Assembly: GCA_902764545.1 (NCBI GenBank)
Contig: CACWWC010000001.1
Coordinates: forward strand, 26,482 to 90,481
Length of the DNA stretch: 64,000 nucleotides
Direction: 5' to 3'
DNA from: an uncultured Erysipelotrichaceae bacterium
GTDB taxonomy: Bacteria; Bacillota_I; Bacilli_A; RF39; UBA660
Part shown: piece by piece, positions 1-9,829 of the stretch
How the letters are laid out: the number at the start of each line of letters is the position of its first letter
Numbering within the stretch: the first letter of the stretch is position 1
Notes under the pieces: model-generated
Told to the model about the DNA's origin: nothing
The model's database searches: none
What the model saw: the letters and a program-made list of their open reading frames with translations, nothing else
Program-made: the position numbers and the translations under genes

Positions 1-458
1 TGCCCTACCATTTTGCTTAGATATTTCCTATTTATATATCCTGTATCGGTGACATAGGCTAAGCTCTTTTCATTTTGTTTTATTATAAATCCTACTGATG
101 ATGGAGCATCATGAGATGTGTGTATTAATTCTATTTCTACATCATTTATATAAAAATTATCATTTATAAATTTACATTTTGGATATGGTACATATTCTTT
201 CAGGCTTTCATACATTGCTTCTGGTATATATACTATTAAATTTGTTTTCTTTACTAGCGAAGCTAATCCCTTGGTATGATCCTTATGACAGTGGGTTATT
301 AATATTCCTGAAAAATCATCAAAAGAAAGGGAGTTTTCTTCTAAACTTTTCTTTAGCGTTAAGAAGGAAATTCCCATATCTATTATTAATTTAGTTTCAC
401 CGCATATAACTAATGAGCAATTTCCTTTTGACCCACTTGCAATTGTTTTAATTTTCAT
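1..458 (-). CDS. MBL-fold metallo-hydrolase, YycJ/WalJ-like (C-terminal part runs off the window start)
   Basis: Absent from the ORF track because it has no stop inside the window. My reverse-complement translation from ATG 458-456 gives MKIKTIASGSKGNCSLVICGETKLIIDMGISF...GILITHCHKDHTKGL, containing the HxHxDH zinc motif of the metallo-beta-lactamase fold. The ATG lies 1 nt after the TGA (462-460) of the upstream peptidase gene. Confidence 0.7.
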   Translation of the reverse strand, partial: MKIKTIASGSKGNCSLVICGETKLIIDMGISFLTLKKSLEENSLSFDDFSGILITHCHKDHTKGLASLVKKTNLIVYIPEAMYESLKEYVPYPKCKFINDNFYINDVEIELIHTSHDAPSSVGFIIKQNEKSLAYVTDTGYINRKYLSKMVG

Positions 459-459
459 A

Positions 460-1971
460 TCAATAGAACGCCATTGCGTTTAACGCAGTTCCTCCACGGT
501 ATGGAAATCCATTCCAAATTGCAAAATGTAAATGTACTCCTGTTGCGGCTCCAGTCATTCCCATTCCCCCTATAACTTGTCCTTTTTCAACATAGTCGCC
601 TGGCTTTACTGCTCTACATCCTGGGCATAGATGAGCATAAAGAGAATAATATCCATTATGATGATTAATAACTATATATTCTCCATTATCACCATAACCT
701 CCTGCATAGTAACCTGTTTTTTTCATAGAAACTTCTACTGTTCCTGCTTGGGCTGCAAATATATTTGAACCATATCCACATCCTGCTATATCTGTTCCAT
801 CATGAAGGTATCCCCATCTCCAGCCAAATGGGCTTGATACTGATGAGCATGTTGCTGGCCATCCCCATTGTCCTTTTGTCGCAATTGCTGATCCATAACC
901 TCCTGCATATGCTGATTGCTTTCCTCCCTTAACTATGATTTCATTTACCGGTTCTTTAAGTACTTCTGTGTTAGTTGTTGTTCTGTTTGTTACTTCACCA
1001 TTGACTTTTAAGACTATTTGTGTCACTTTATTTTCTCCCTTAACTCCCGCCTGAATAACTTCATTATATCCAACATATTTATCATTATCATATCTTGTCT
1101 CAGTTGTGTAATTTTTTTCTTCTCTAAAAATGACTTGTTCTTGTTCTATTACACTGAATTGAGGCTTTATGATTCCCAAAGTTACTTCTTGTCCGGGAGA
1201 TAGTAGGCTATTTTCATCTTGTAGTTCAGGGTTTGCAATCAAAAATTCTTGAGTTGATATTTTGTTATTAAATGCGACATCTTCAATCGTATCACCTACT
1301 TGAACAGTATACTTTGCTTGATCTTCTTCTGTTCCAAATAGTAAATATTTACTTAAATCTTCTTCCTCTAAATATATTTTTTTATCTACTGGAATTAAGT
1401 CTTTTTTTATAGTTATTTTATTTTTTATATATATATTTTCTATAATCTTTCCAACATCTTCAATTTCTTTTTGTGTATTATTTTCATATGAATTATATTC
1501 TTCTTCTGGTATAAATGATTTTACTGTTGATTCTATTGCATTAGTAAATGTTTTTTTATTTATAACATATATATTTTGGGATTTACCTTTTATTTTTTTC
1601 CCTTCTTGTGAGGTTGTTTCAAGTCCTTTTATTTTTATTATATATCCATTGATTGTAAATGGAGATTTATCTTTTATTTCTTCATATATTTTTTTCACTG
1701 ATTTTACATTATTGTCAAATGTGGTTTCTTTTGTTACGTCTAATTCTGCTGGAACATATACTTTTTCCACATTGTATTTCTTTTTTATTTCTTCTTGTTT
1801 TTTATCTATATATTTTTCCAATTCTTCTTTTGAATTTATTAACCCTAACGATTCCCCTTTTAGGTACACTCTATATAATGTGTGTGGCTTTGTTGAAATA
1901 TTTGTAAATCCTGATGCTAATAACACTATTAATAATAAAGAGAAATACATGATTCTTTTCTTCTTAAACAA
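460..1971 (-). CDS. Membrane-anchored LysM / G5 / M23-family peptidoglycan metallopeptidase
   Basis: 503 aa. N-terminal hydrophobic anchor YFSLLLIVLLASGF. LysM-like YTVQVGDTIEDVAFNNKISTQEFLIANPEL. G5-like ETRYDNDKYVGYNEVIQAGVKGENKVT...VNEIIVKG. M23 motifs LHDGTDIA and TGVHLHFA at the C-terminus. Confidence 0.8.
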   Translation of the reverse strand: MFKKKRIMYFSLLLIVLLASGFTNISTKPHTLYRVYLKGESLGLINSKEELEKYIDKKQEEIKKKYNVEKVYVPAELDVTKETTFDNNVKSVKKIYEEIKDKSPFTINGYIIKIKGLETTSQEGKKIKGKSQNIYVINKKTFTNAIESTVKSFIPEEEYNSYENNTQKEIEDVGKIIENIYIKNKITIKKDLIPVDKKIYLEEEDLSKYLLFGTEEDQAKYTVQVGDTIEDVAFNNKISTQEFLIANPELQDENSLLSPGQEVTLGIIKPQFSVIEQEQVIFREEKNYTTETRYDNDKYVGYNEVIQAGVKGENKVTQIVLKVNGEVTNRTTTNTEVLKEPVNEIIVKGGKQSAYAGGYGSAIATKGQWGWPATCSSVSSPFGWRWGYLHDGTDIAGCGYGSNIFAAQAGTVEVSMKKTGYYAGGYGDNGEYIVINHHNGYYSLYAHLCPGCRAVKPGDYVEKGQVIGGMGMTGAATGVHLHFAIWNGFPYRGGTALNAMAFY

Positions 1972-3330
1972 TTACTGTCCCTCCCCTTCTATTTTTTCTT
2001 TTCTTAAATTTAAGAATGTTGATGTGTTTTTCTTAAATAATAACTCTATTGTTGCTGTTGGTCCATTACGATGCTTACCAATAATCAATTCACTTATGCT
2101 ATTATTATCTTCAGTTCTTGCTTCTTTATTATAGTAATCATCTCTATATAAAAAGGCTACTATATCTGCATCTTGCTCTATTGATCCTGATTCACGTAAA
2201 TCACTCATCATTGGTCTCTTATCGTCTCTTGATTCTACTCCACGGGAAAGTTGTGATAATGCTATAACGGGTATTTCTAGCTCCATTGCTAATACTTTTA
2301 GGCTTCTAGAAATGTCTGATACTTCTTGTTGTCTATTTGCGCCATAGTTTTTGCCACCTGATATCAATTGTAAATAATCGATGACTACAAGAGCTAATCC
2401 TTTTTCACTGCTAGCTAATCTTCTACATTTTGCGCGAATTTCTCCTATAGACATTCCTGCAGCTGTATCATCTATAACCAAGTTTGTATTTGCAAGTCTT
2501 GATGATGCTTCATTTATCCTTCTCCAATCTTGATTTAGTAACGCTCCATTTCTTAATTTATAACCATCTATTTGACCTTGAGATGATAAAATACGAGTCG
2601 CAACTTGCTCAGCTGGCATTTCCAGTGTAAATAATGCAACTGACTTTTCTTGTGTCATTGCTACATGAGTTGCTAAATTTAATGCAAAGGCTGTTTTACC
2701 CATTGCTGGTCTTGCCGCAATTATTATGAATTCATTGGGGTGTAATCCTGTTGTTAATCTGTCTAAGTCATACCATCCTGTTTCTAAGCCGTTTATCTTT
2801 CCTTGATTTTGTGATAATCTTTCTAGGTCTTGCTGTGTCTTAGCCAAGATTTCTTTAATTGTTCTGAATTCATTTGCTGATCTCTTTTTTACTATGTTTA
2901 GGATTTTCTTTTCTGATTCATCTAGTATCTCATTAATTGTTTCTTCATTATTATATCCATCTTGCGCAATTTCCTCTGCTGTTTGAATTAAATTTCTCAG
3001 GATAGAGGATTCTTCTACCGTTTTTATGTAATAATCAACATTGCTTGCTGTTGGTACAAAGTTGAGAATTTCTGTTAAATATTCTACTCCTCCAACTTCT
3101 GTCAATTCATTTTTATTTTTTAATGAACTTGTTACTGTTGTTATATCAATAGGAATGTTTTCTTCTTGTAGGTTAATCATAACTTGAAATATTTTGGCAT
3201 TTTTTTCACTATAAAAAGAGGCGGAGTCCAATGATTCTGTTGCTTTTTGTAAGGCATATTTTGATAAAAAACATGATCCTAAAACAGATTCTTCTGCTTC
3301 TAAATTGTTAGGCATTGTTCTTCCTGCCAT
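1972..3330 (-). CDS. dnaB: Replicative DNA helicase DnaB (DnaC in B. subtilis nomenclature)
   Basis: 452 aa. N-terminal NNLEAEESVLGS signature, Walker A ARPAMGKTAFALN, RecA-like C-terminal domain (VVIDYLQLI, SQLSR). Conserved position next to rplI. Confidence 0.95.
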   Translation of the reverse strand: MAGRTMPNNLEAEESVLGSCFLSKYALQKATESLDSASFYSEKNAKIFQVMINLQEENIPIDITTVTSSLKNKNELTEVGGVEYLTEILNFVPTASNVDYYIKTVEESSILRNLIQTAEEIAQDGYNNEETINEILDESEKKILNIVKKRSANEFRTIKEILAKTQQDLERLSQNQGKINGLETGWYDLDRLTTGLHPNEFIIIAARPAMGKTAFALNLATHVAMTQEKSVALFTLEMPAEQVATRILSSQGQIDGYKLRNGALLNQDWRRINEASSRLANTNLVIDDTAAGMSIGEIRAKCRRLASSEKGLALVVIDYLQLISGGKNYGANRQQEVSDISRSLKVLAMELEIPVIALSQLSRGVESRDDKRPMMSDLRESGSIEQDADIVAFLYRDDYYNKEARTEDNNSISELIIGKHRNGPTATIELLFKKNTSTFLNLRKEKIEGEGQ

Positions 3331-3340
3331 AAAACCACCT

Positions 3341-3781
3341 CTATTTTATTACATGTATCTTTATTACTGCTACTATTTCTGGATATAGATTAATTCTTAC
3401 ATTATGAAATCCTAGTGATTGGATTATGTTATCTATTTCTATTTGACTTTTGTCAATTTTATATCCTTTTTTTTGTAATTCATCTTTTATTTGTTTTACA
3501 CTTATGCTTCCAAAAACTTTATCTCCTTCTCCTGTTTTTACTTTAAATTCTAAAATTACTTTGGATAGTTTTTGTTTAGCATCTTGTGCTTGCATTCTTT
3601 TTTCGTCATCTTCTTTTTTCTTTTTTGCTAATTCATGGTTTAGTTTCGAAAGATTTTCTTTTGTTTTTTTTACTGCATAGCCATTTTTGATTAAAAAGTT
3701 TTCTGCATAGCCATCTTTAACATTTTTAATCTGCCCCTTTTTACCTTGATTTTTTAAATCCTTGATAAAAATTACTTCCAT
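3341..3781 (-). CDS. rplI: 50S ribosomal protein L9
   Basis: 146 aa. [36 protein letters not shown] is a typical L9 N-terminus. Sits between the DHH gene and dnaB as in Bacillus. Confidence 0.95.
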   Translation of the reverse strand: MEVIFIKDLKNQGKKGQIKNVKDGYAENFLIKNGYAVKKTKENLSKLNHELAKKKKEDDEKRMQAQDAKQKLSKVILEFKVKTGEGDKVFGSISVKQIKDELQKKGYKIDKSQIEIDNIIQSLGFHNVRINLYPEIVAVIKIHVIK

Positions 3782-3782
3782 A

Positions 3783-4769
3783 TTATTCTCCTTCTTCTTT
3801 TATAAGTTTTTTAAGTTCCTGTTCAACTTTGCTTATAGTTGTATTTTCAAATACAGCGGCTCCGCTGGTGATATCTCCTCCTCCGCCTAACTTAGATAGT
3901 ATCTTTCCTATATCATAATTTCCTAAACTTCTTGCACTTATGGCAATAGTATCTTTATTAACTTTACCAAGTACAAAAGATGCTTCTATATTGTTAAAAA
4001 ATAATAATGTGTCTGCTACTTTTGCCAAGTCTTCTCTTCTGTACTGTGTATATGGTGTTGCTTTTGTAAACGCAATATTTCCATTTATAGTTTCAATCTC
4101 AGACATTAACTTTTGTCTTTCTGTATATTCTTCTATATCTTGCTTTAATAAATATTGTACTTTCTTTGCACTTGCGCCAAGGCTTGCTAGGTAATATGAT
4201 GTATAGTATGTCTCAGCTTTTGTATTTAATGTATAATTGTTGGTGTCCAATACTATTCCAGATAATAATATTGTCGCATAATAAGAATCTATGTCTACAT
4301 CATAATATTCAATTAAATTTGCTATCATTTCACATGTACTAGATATCTTATTATCATTTATAATAGTTGCTTTTTTTATAGTTGATTTTCCTAAATCGTG
4401 ATGATCTATAATTAACTTTTTTTCTATCCTATTTAGTACTTCTTTGCTTTGAACTAATTCGGTTTTATTTGTATCTAGTATTATTAATAAATTCTTAGAA
4501 GCATTTTTGTTGACATAATCATTTAAATTTTCACTTCTAATAATATCTACACAGCCTTCTAATTCTCTTAGTACCTTTTCTACCCCTTTTTCGTGGATTT
4601 TATCATCAATTATTATATGGCAATCTTTTCTTTTTCTTTTTAGAAGCATATACATTCCTATTTGACTACCTAGCGCATCTAAGTCTAAGTTTTTGTGAGC
4701 CATAAGAAATATTGTCTTTGAGTTTCTTATTAACTTATTTATTTTTCTTCTTTCTTTAATAATGCCCAT
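3783..4769 (-). CDS. DHH/DHHA1 family phosphoesterase (stand-alone catalytic module in the GdpP/YybT position)
   Basis: 328 aa. Motifs DLDALGS, ILDTN, IIDHHD (DHH) and a C-terminal glycine motif [12 protein letters not shown] (DHHA1). Lacks the TM/PAS/GGDEF N-terminal part of GdpP. Confidence 0.75.
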   Translation of the reverse strand: MGIIKERRKINKLIRNSKTIFLMAHKNLDLDALGSQIGMYMLLKRKRKDCHIIIDDKIHEKGVEKVLRELEGCVDIIRSENLNDYVNKNASKNLLIILDTNKTELVQSKEVLNRIEKKLIIDHHDLGKSTIKKATIINDNKISSTCEMIANLIEYYDVDIDSYYATILLSGIVLDTNNYTLNTKAETYYTSYYLASLGASAKKVQYLLKQDIEEYTERQKLMSEIETINGNIAFTKATPYTQYRREDLAKVADTLLFFNNIEASFVLGKVNKDTIAISARSLGNYDIGKILSKLGGGGDITSGAAVFENTTISKVEQELKKLIKEEGE

Positions 4770-4837
4770 ATTTCCTCCTATAAAATCCCATTATTATTAT
4801 ATAATAAATATATATATTTGTCTAACAATTTGATTAT

Positions 4838-4876
4838 ATAAAAAAAATAAAAATGTAGTAAAGAATCTACATTTTT
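4838..4876 (-). terminator. Rho-independent terminator downstream of rpsR
   Basis: Inverted repeat aaaatgtag (4850-4858) / ctacatttt (4867-4875) with an 8-nt loop. On the minus strand it is followed by a long T-run (plus-strand tataaaaaaaataaaa). Confidence 0.55.
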
Positions 4877-5093
4877 ATCTTGTATATGGTAATAGTGCTA
4901 TTGCTCTTGCTCTTTTAATTTGTCTTGAAATAAATCTTTGATGTTCAGCACAGTTTCCAGTAACACGTCTTGGCAATATTTTTCCTTTTTCATTTATATA
5001 TCTTTTAAGTGTTTCTGCATCTTTCCAGTCAACTGGCTTTCCAGTACACATAGCACATACTTTTTTCTTTCTACGATTGTTAAATTCTGCCAT
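4875..5093 (-). CDS. rpsR: 30S ribosomal protein S18
   Basis: 72 aa; [10 protein letters not shown]...[18 protein letters not shown]...[19 protein letters not shown]. Part of the rpsF-ssb-rpsR operon. Confidence 0.95.
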   Translation of the reverse strand: MAEFNNRRKKKVCAMCTGKPVDWKDAETLKRYINEKGKILPRRVTGNCAEHQRFISRQIKRARAIALLPYTR

Positions 5094-5119
5094 ATTCTTT
5101 CCTCCTTTTTTATTAAGAT

Positions 5120-5605
5120 TTAGAATGGTAATTCATCATCGCTTATTTCTATGTTTGCTCCAAAATCAGCAAATGGATTACTATCTACATCTGTTCCTTT
5201 TGGCTCTGGGTTATCACCAAAGTCGTAAGGTGTTGGCTCTGCATTATTTGTTGCAGAACTTTTAATATTTCCTGCCCCGTTTGAAGAATTCTTTGAACCT
5301 AAAAATTCAACATTGTCTGCAACAACTTCTGTAACATATCTTTTTTGCCCATTGTTGTCGTCGTACGATCTTGTTTGAATTCTTCCATCTATTGCAACTT
5401 GACTTCCTTGTTGTAAATAATTTTTCACATTTTCTGCTTGTTTTCTCCAAACAACTATATTAATAAAATCTGCTTCTCTTTCTCCTTGTTGATTTGAGAA
5501 GTTTCTATTTACTGCAAGTGAAAACGTTGCAACTGCAGTGTTGCTTCCTGTATATCTTAATTCTGGATCTCTTGTTAATCTTCCTATTAAAAATACCTTA
5601 TTCAT
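5120..5605 (-). CDS. ssb: Single-stranded DNA-binding protein
   Basis: 161 aa. [21 protein letters not shown]-fold N-terminus, Gly/Asn-rich linker, acidic tip DDELPF. Confidence 0.95.
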   Translation of the reverse strand: MNKVFLIGRLTRDPELRYTGSNTAVATFSLAVNRNFSNQQGEREADFINIVVWRKQAENVKNYLQQGSQVAIDGRIQTRSYDDNNGQKRYVTEVVADNVEFLGSKNSSNGAGNIKSSATNNAEPTPYDFGDNPEPKGTDVDSNPFADFGANIEISDDELPF

Positions 5606-5623
5606 TAATATACCTCTTTTTTA

Positions 5624-5911
5624 TTATTCTTCAACTCTTACAACGATTGAACGTAGTAAACTTTCGTTAATTCTTGCAACACGATTAAATTCTTGTTCAG
5701 TCTCTGGATTTGCTTCAACAACAAACAAATAGTAATATCCAGTATTAAACTTCTTAATTTCATAAGCTAACTCTCTTTGTCCTATTGCTTTTTCCTCAAT
5801 AATCTTTGCTTTTGAATCTGTTAAAACCTTTTTCATAGATTCTGCTGTTTTCTTTATTTCAGCTTCTTCCATATCTGGTCTTACAACAAACATAATTTCA
5901 TACTTATTCAT
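5624..5911 (-). CDS. rpsF: 30S ribosomal protein S6
   Basis: Track ORF starts at GTG 5920, which overlaps the GGAGG (5924-5920). ATG at 5911 has 8-nt spacing and gives MNKYEIMFVVRPD, the canonical S6 N-terminus. Confidence 0.93.
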   Translation of the reverse strand: MNKYEIMFVVRPDMEEAEIKKTAESMKKVLTDSKAKIIEEKAIGQRELAYEIKKFNTGYYYLFVVEANPETEQEFNRVARINESLLRSIVVRVEE

Positions 5912-5985
5912 TCTATACACCTCCTTCTGGACTTATGGCTATCAGTTGATAGCAAGGAGTATTTTAAATACTCGAGGGTATTATA
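5912..5985 (-). promoter_or_regulatory. Structured 5' UTR of the rpsF-ssb-rpsR operon (candidate S6:S18 autoregulatory leader)
   Basis: Minus-strand sequence has a TATAAT-like box, then hairpins gagtat-ttaaa-atactc and ctatca-ac-tgatag, ending in the SD. The position matches the known Firmicute rpsF leader, but I cannot score the covariance model. Confidence 0.35.
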
Positions 5986-6011
5986 ACAAATAAAATCTTT
6001 ATTGTCTAGAT

Positions 6012-6045
6012 TATAAAAAAGAAAAAGTACATTTTTGTACTTTTT
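6012..6045 (-). terminator. Rho-independent terminator downstream of ychF
   Basis: aaaaagtaca (6022-6031) pairs with tgtacttttt (6036-6045) around a tttt loop; minus-strand T-run follows. Overlaps the ychF stop codon. Confidence 0.55.
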
Positions 6046-7144
6046 AAACGTTAAATCTAAAGTGACATATATCTCCATCTTGCATTAAATATTCTTTTCC
6101 CTCTAGTCTTGCTTTTCCTGCTTCTTTTACTTTTAATTCACTTCCGCACTCTATTAAATCATCATAAGACATAACTTCCGCTCTTATAAAACCTTTTTCA
6201 AAATCAGTATGAATTATTCCTGCACATTGTTTAGCATTCATTCCTTTTTTGAACGTCCAGGCTCTTACCTCATCTTTTCCTACCGTAAAATATGTTGCAA
6301 GTCCTAAGATGTCATATGTAGCGGTTATTAACTTATTCAATCCAGATTCTTCTATTCCTACTGCTTCTAACATTTCTTTTTTTTCTTCTTCTGTCATTTC
6401 GCTAATTTCTTCTTCAACTTGTGCACATAGACTTACTACTTTTGAGTTCTCTTTTTTTGCATATTCTTTTACTTTGTTAACATATTCATTATCTGGATTT
6501 CCTAATTCTTCTTCTTTTATATTTGCAACATATATAATTGGCTTTTGTGTTAAAAAACTATAGGATTTGATTACTTTTTGTTCTTCTTCACTGAGTTGAA
6601 TTTGTCTTATCGGTTTGTTTTCTTCAAGTGATTTCTTACATTTTTCTAAGGTTTCAACTTCTAATAAATCATCTTTGTTTTTTGTAGTTCTTGCTTTTTT
6701 AGATACTTTTTCTAATCTATTATTTATTATATCTAAATCGGCTATTGCTAATTCTAAATTTATTGTTTCTATATCTCTTATAGGGTCAACGTCTCCTTCA
6801 ACGTGAATGATTTTTCCATCATCAAAGCATCTTACAACCTCAACTATTGCATCTGTTTCTCTTATATGTGACAAAAATTTGTTACCAAGTCCCTCTCCTT
6901 TGCTTGCTCCTTTTACTAGACCCGCAATATCCGTAAATTCATATGCTGTAGGAATAAACTTATTAGGACAATACATATCTTTTAATTTATTCATTCTTTC
7001 ATCAGGAACTGTTACTACACCGACATTTGGTTCTATGGTTGCAAATGGATAATTCTCTGCTAAAATCTTTTGATTTGTAATTGCATTAAATAATGTTGAT
7101 TTTCCTACGTTTGGTAGTCCTACTATTCCTGCGGTTAAACTCAT
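6044..7144 (-). CDS. ychF: Ribosome-binding ATPase YchF
   Basis: 366 aa. GIVGLPNVGKSTLFNAIT P-loop, TGS-type C-terminus ending ...DGDICHFRFNV. Confidence 0.95.
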   Translation of the reverse strand: MSLTAGIVGLPNVGKSTLFNAITNQKILAENYPFATIEPNVGVVTVPDERMNKLKDMYCPNKFIPTAYEFTDIAGLVKGASKGEGLGNKFLSHIRETDAIVEVVRCFDDGKIIHVEGDVDPIRDIETINLELAIADLDIINNRLEKVSKKARTTKNKDDLLEVETLEKCKKSLEENKPIRQIQLSEEEQKVIKSYSFLTQKPIIYVANIKEEELGNPDNEYVNKVKEYAKKENSKVVSLCAQVEEEISEMTEEEKKEMLEAVGIEESGLNKLITATYDILGLATYFTVGKDEVRAWTFKKGMNAKQCAGIIHTDFEKGFIRAEVMSYDDLIECGSELKVKEAGKARLEGKEYLMQDGDICHFRFNV

Positions 7145-7204
7145 TATTATTCCTTCTTTCTTTTTTTATTTCTTGATTTATTATATATAATATTTAGCTT
7201 TTAT

Positions 7205-7233
7205 TCAAGAAAAAACACCTATCATTAGGTGTT
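7205..7233 (-). terminator. Rho-independent terminator downstream of the AbgT gene
   Basis: aacacct / aggtgtt inverted repeat with a 6-nt loop; minus-strand T-run (plus-strand gaaaaaa) follows. Confidence 0.5.
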
Positions 7234-8827
7234 ATATGGTTGGATAAACCCCTGGGCCGATAGGTAATCCAATTATGTACCATAATACCACTAATAAAAT
7301 CCAGGCTAATGATATTATTAAGCAGTATGGTGAAATAATTTTGAGTGATTCTCTTATTGTATATGGTTTGTTTTTCTTTAAGTTATAAATATTTAAATAT
7401 CCAATATAAATTACAAATGAGGCAAGCAAAGGGGTAAATCCTTTTGTCATTGAATCTCCTGCTCTCATTACGATTTGCGCAAACTGTGGTGATATATTAG
7501 CTTGCATAAATGCTGGTACTATTACTGGTGAAAAAATCAACCATTTGCTTGCTGGTGATGTCAATACCAAATTTGATATAGCAATAAAAATTAGAGAAAT
7601 AACAATTAAAGGTATACCATTAAAGGATATTTTTGAAAGAAGGTTCGCAAGCCATGCGGTGATAATCAATCCAATGTTTGTTTTTCTAAAAACTGAAATA
7701 AATTGTGATACCACAAACATTAGAATAAAGATACTACCAAGGTTAGAAAACTTTTTGCTTGCTTTTTCTATAATATCTCTATCGTTTGTAATTGATTTGC
7801 TTCCTATTCCATATGCTACTCCTGCCAACATGAAAAACATTGATACTATAAATGTAAATCCATCTTGAAAATATGAATTTGGGCCAAAAAGTTGATTTAG
7901 GTATGTATTTTCTTTCATGTCTAGTAGCAGTCCCGACCATGGTAGGTGAGGTATTAATGAATATATAAAAAATAATAAAAATAATATTGAAATAATTAAA
8001 GCATATCTTAATCCTCTTTTTTCATACTTATCTCGTTCCATTTGTTTTTGTTCAGCTTCTTCAATTGTTAATGATTGGTATTTTTCAGTTGGAGATAAAT
8101 CCTCATCTCTTTTATACTTTCCTATTTTTGGAGCAATTATATTTTCAACTATTATTGTTCCAACTATCGATAATATGATTGTTGCAAATATTATAAATAT
8201 AAGATTAGATGTTAATGAAATGTGTGATGTTTCATCAATAAGTCTTGCGGCAATTTTTGTGTAGTTTATCAATGAAACTTCTGTAGAACCAACAAAAATT
8301 GAAATACTGTATCCAAATGATACTCCACAAAAAGCTGTTATTATTCCTAAAATTGGATTCCTGTCATTTATAAAATAAATTAACGCAATTAGTGGAATTA
8401 AAATAGCATATCCGACTTCATTTATTAGTGATGATACGATTGAAATAAAAATAATAATAAATGTAAATAAATATTTTGGTATTTTGCTAACATGCCTTCT
8501 TGTAAGCATTTCAATGAATCCTGTTCCTTCTGCCACTGTTAGCCCAATTAATGATAATAATAATGTACCTAATGGTGCAAAACTTAAAAAGTTTTTTGCA
8601 GAATTACTAATGATATATTTTATTCCATCAAATGAAAATAAGTTCTCTACAGTAATTAGCACTGGCTCTAATTCATTTGTATTAGCATTTATTGTATTGT
8701 ATGTTGCCTGCATTTGAAACAAGGACAATATTCCACTTAGCAGTACAATTAGAAATGTTAATCCAATAAAAACCGTTATCGGATGAAAATAAAACTTTTT
8801 TAATCTTAATTTTCCTGTTTCGTACAT
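7232..8827 (-). CDS. AbgT-family (p-aminobenzoyl-glutamate / antimetabolite) transporter
   Basis: 531 aa polytopic membrane protein. AKNFLSFAPLGTLLLSLIGLTVAEGTGFIEML and VGYAILIPLIALIYFINDRNPILGIITAFCGVSFGYS match conserved AbgT blocks from memory. Confidence 0.8.
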   Translation of the reverse strand: MYETGKLRLKKFYFHPITVFIGLTFLIVLLSGILSLFQMQATYNTINANTNELEPVLITVENLFSFDGIKYIISNSAKNFLSFAPLGTLLLSLIGLTVAEGTGFIEMLTRRHVSKIPKYLFTFIIIFISIVSSLINEVGYAILIPLIALIYFINDRNPILGIITAFCGVSFGYSISIFVGSTEVSLINYTKIAARLIDETSHISLTSNLIFIIFATIILSIVGTIIVENIIAPKIGKYKRDEDLSPTEKYQSLTIEEAEQKQMERDKYEKRGLRYALIISILFLLFFIYSLIPHLPWSGLLLDMKENTYLNQLFGPNSYFQDGFTFIVSMFFMLAGVAYGIGSKSITNDRDIIEKASKKFSNLGSIFILMFVVSQFISVFRKTNIGLIITAWLANLLSKISFNGIPLIVISLIFIAISNLVLTSPASKWLIFSPVIVPAFMQANISPQFAQIVMRAGDSMTKGFTPLLASFVIYIGYLNIYNLKKNKPYTIRESLKIISPYCLIISLAWILLVVLWYIIGLPIGPGVYPTI

Positions 8828-8837
8828 GAGTCCTCCT

Positions 8838-9023
8838 TTATTCCTTTATTTTTTTTATTTTTTTATTAAATTCAATTCTAGGAATGAGAACCGTTCTACC
8901 ACAGTTAAGACATTTTATTTTTATATCTGCCCCTACTCTAACTATTTCCCATTCATTGGTACCACATGGATGTTGTTTTTTCATGATTACTTTTGTACCT
9001 AGTTTATAATTATTATTTTCCAT
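8838..9023 (-). CDS. DUF951 family small protein (YyzM-like)
   Basis: 61 aa. KKQHPCGTNEWEIVRVGADIKIKCLNCGRTVLIPR has the CxxxxxW...CxxC pattern of DUF951. Conserved neighbour of ychF in Firmicutes. Confidence 0.7.
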   Translation of the reverse strand: MENNNYKLGTKVIMKKQHPCGTNEWEIVRVGADIKIKCLNCGRTVLIPRIEFNKKIKKIKE

Positions 9024-9828
9024 TATGCACCTCTATTTGTGGATATGGTATTTTAATACTGTTAATATCAAATTCTTTTTTGATTTCTTTTCTTAGATAT
9101 CTTTCTGTTATAAAGTGTTTCATTGGTTCTGTTTCTACAACAACTCTGTATATAACGCCTGAATCTGAAAGTTCTTGTACTCCCCATATCTCTGGTTCTT
9201 TGATTGCATAAGGGATTTTTCCTTTAATTCTTGTAAATAATTTTTCAAAGGCTTTTTCTATTTCACTTTCATTATTTTCATACGAAATACTGATATCTAC
9301 TACAGCTAAGGAATTGTTACTACTGTAATTTATTATATTATCCATATAATGATTAGCTATAATCTTTGTTGCTCCTTTATAATTTACAATTCTTGTTGTT
9401 CTTAATCCTATCGAAGTCACTGTTCCCATAAATCCTTCTACTTCAATTGTATCTCCTACTTCATATTCTCCTTCTGTAATTATAGAAAAACCTGCAATCA
9501 AATCTTTTGCTAAATCTTGGAAGGCTAATCCAATAATTGCTGTTCCTATTCCTAGCCCTGCAATTATTGACTTTACTTCTATTCCCATTTGAGATAATAT
9601 TCCTAGCAAAACACAAATAATTACTATGTATTTTATGATATTAAGTAATAATGATCTAATAGTATTAATTCTCTGAATTTGTGTTTTCTTTAATAATTTA
9701 TTTTTTGTCGTTGACTTTACAACTACTCTTTTTATTATTTTGAATACTATTATACCTATTATTATATAAATTATAGAATTAATAACCTGATATAGACTAA
9801 TTTTAGTATCAAAAAAATTTATTGTCAT
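9013..9828 (-). CDS. Small-conductance mechanosensitive channel (MscS family)
   Basis: 271 aa, three N-terminal TM helices, then GLAFQDLAKDLIAGFSIITEGEYEVGDTIEVEGFMGTVTSIGLRTTRI, the MscS beta-domain signature. Confidence 0.85.
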   Translation of the reverse strand: MTINFFDTKISLYQVINSIIYIIIGIIVFKIIKRVVVKSTTKNKLLKKTQIQRINTIRSLLLNIIKYIVIICVLLGILSQMGIEVKSIIAGLGIGTAIIGLAFQDLAKDLIAGFSIITEGEYEVGDTIEVEGFMGTVTSIGLRTTRIVNYKGATKIIANHYMDNIINYSSNNSLAVVDISISYENNESEIEKAFEKLFTRIKGKIPYAIKEPEIWGVQELSDSGVIYRVVVETEPMKHFITERYLRKEIKKEFDINSIKIPYPQIEVHNGK

Positions 9829-9829
9829 T

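Noticed and set aside
179-394. 71-aa plus-strand ORF at the start of the window.
   Set aside because: It is antisense to the partial minus-strand MBL-fold hydrolase gene (1-458). That gene has a clear HxHxDH motif and tight coupling to the upstream gene.
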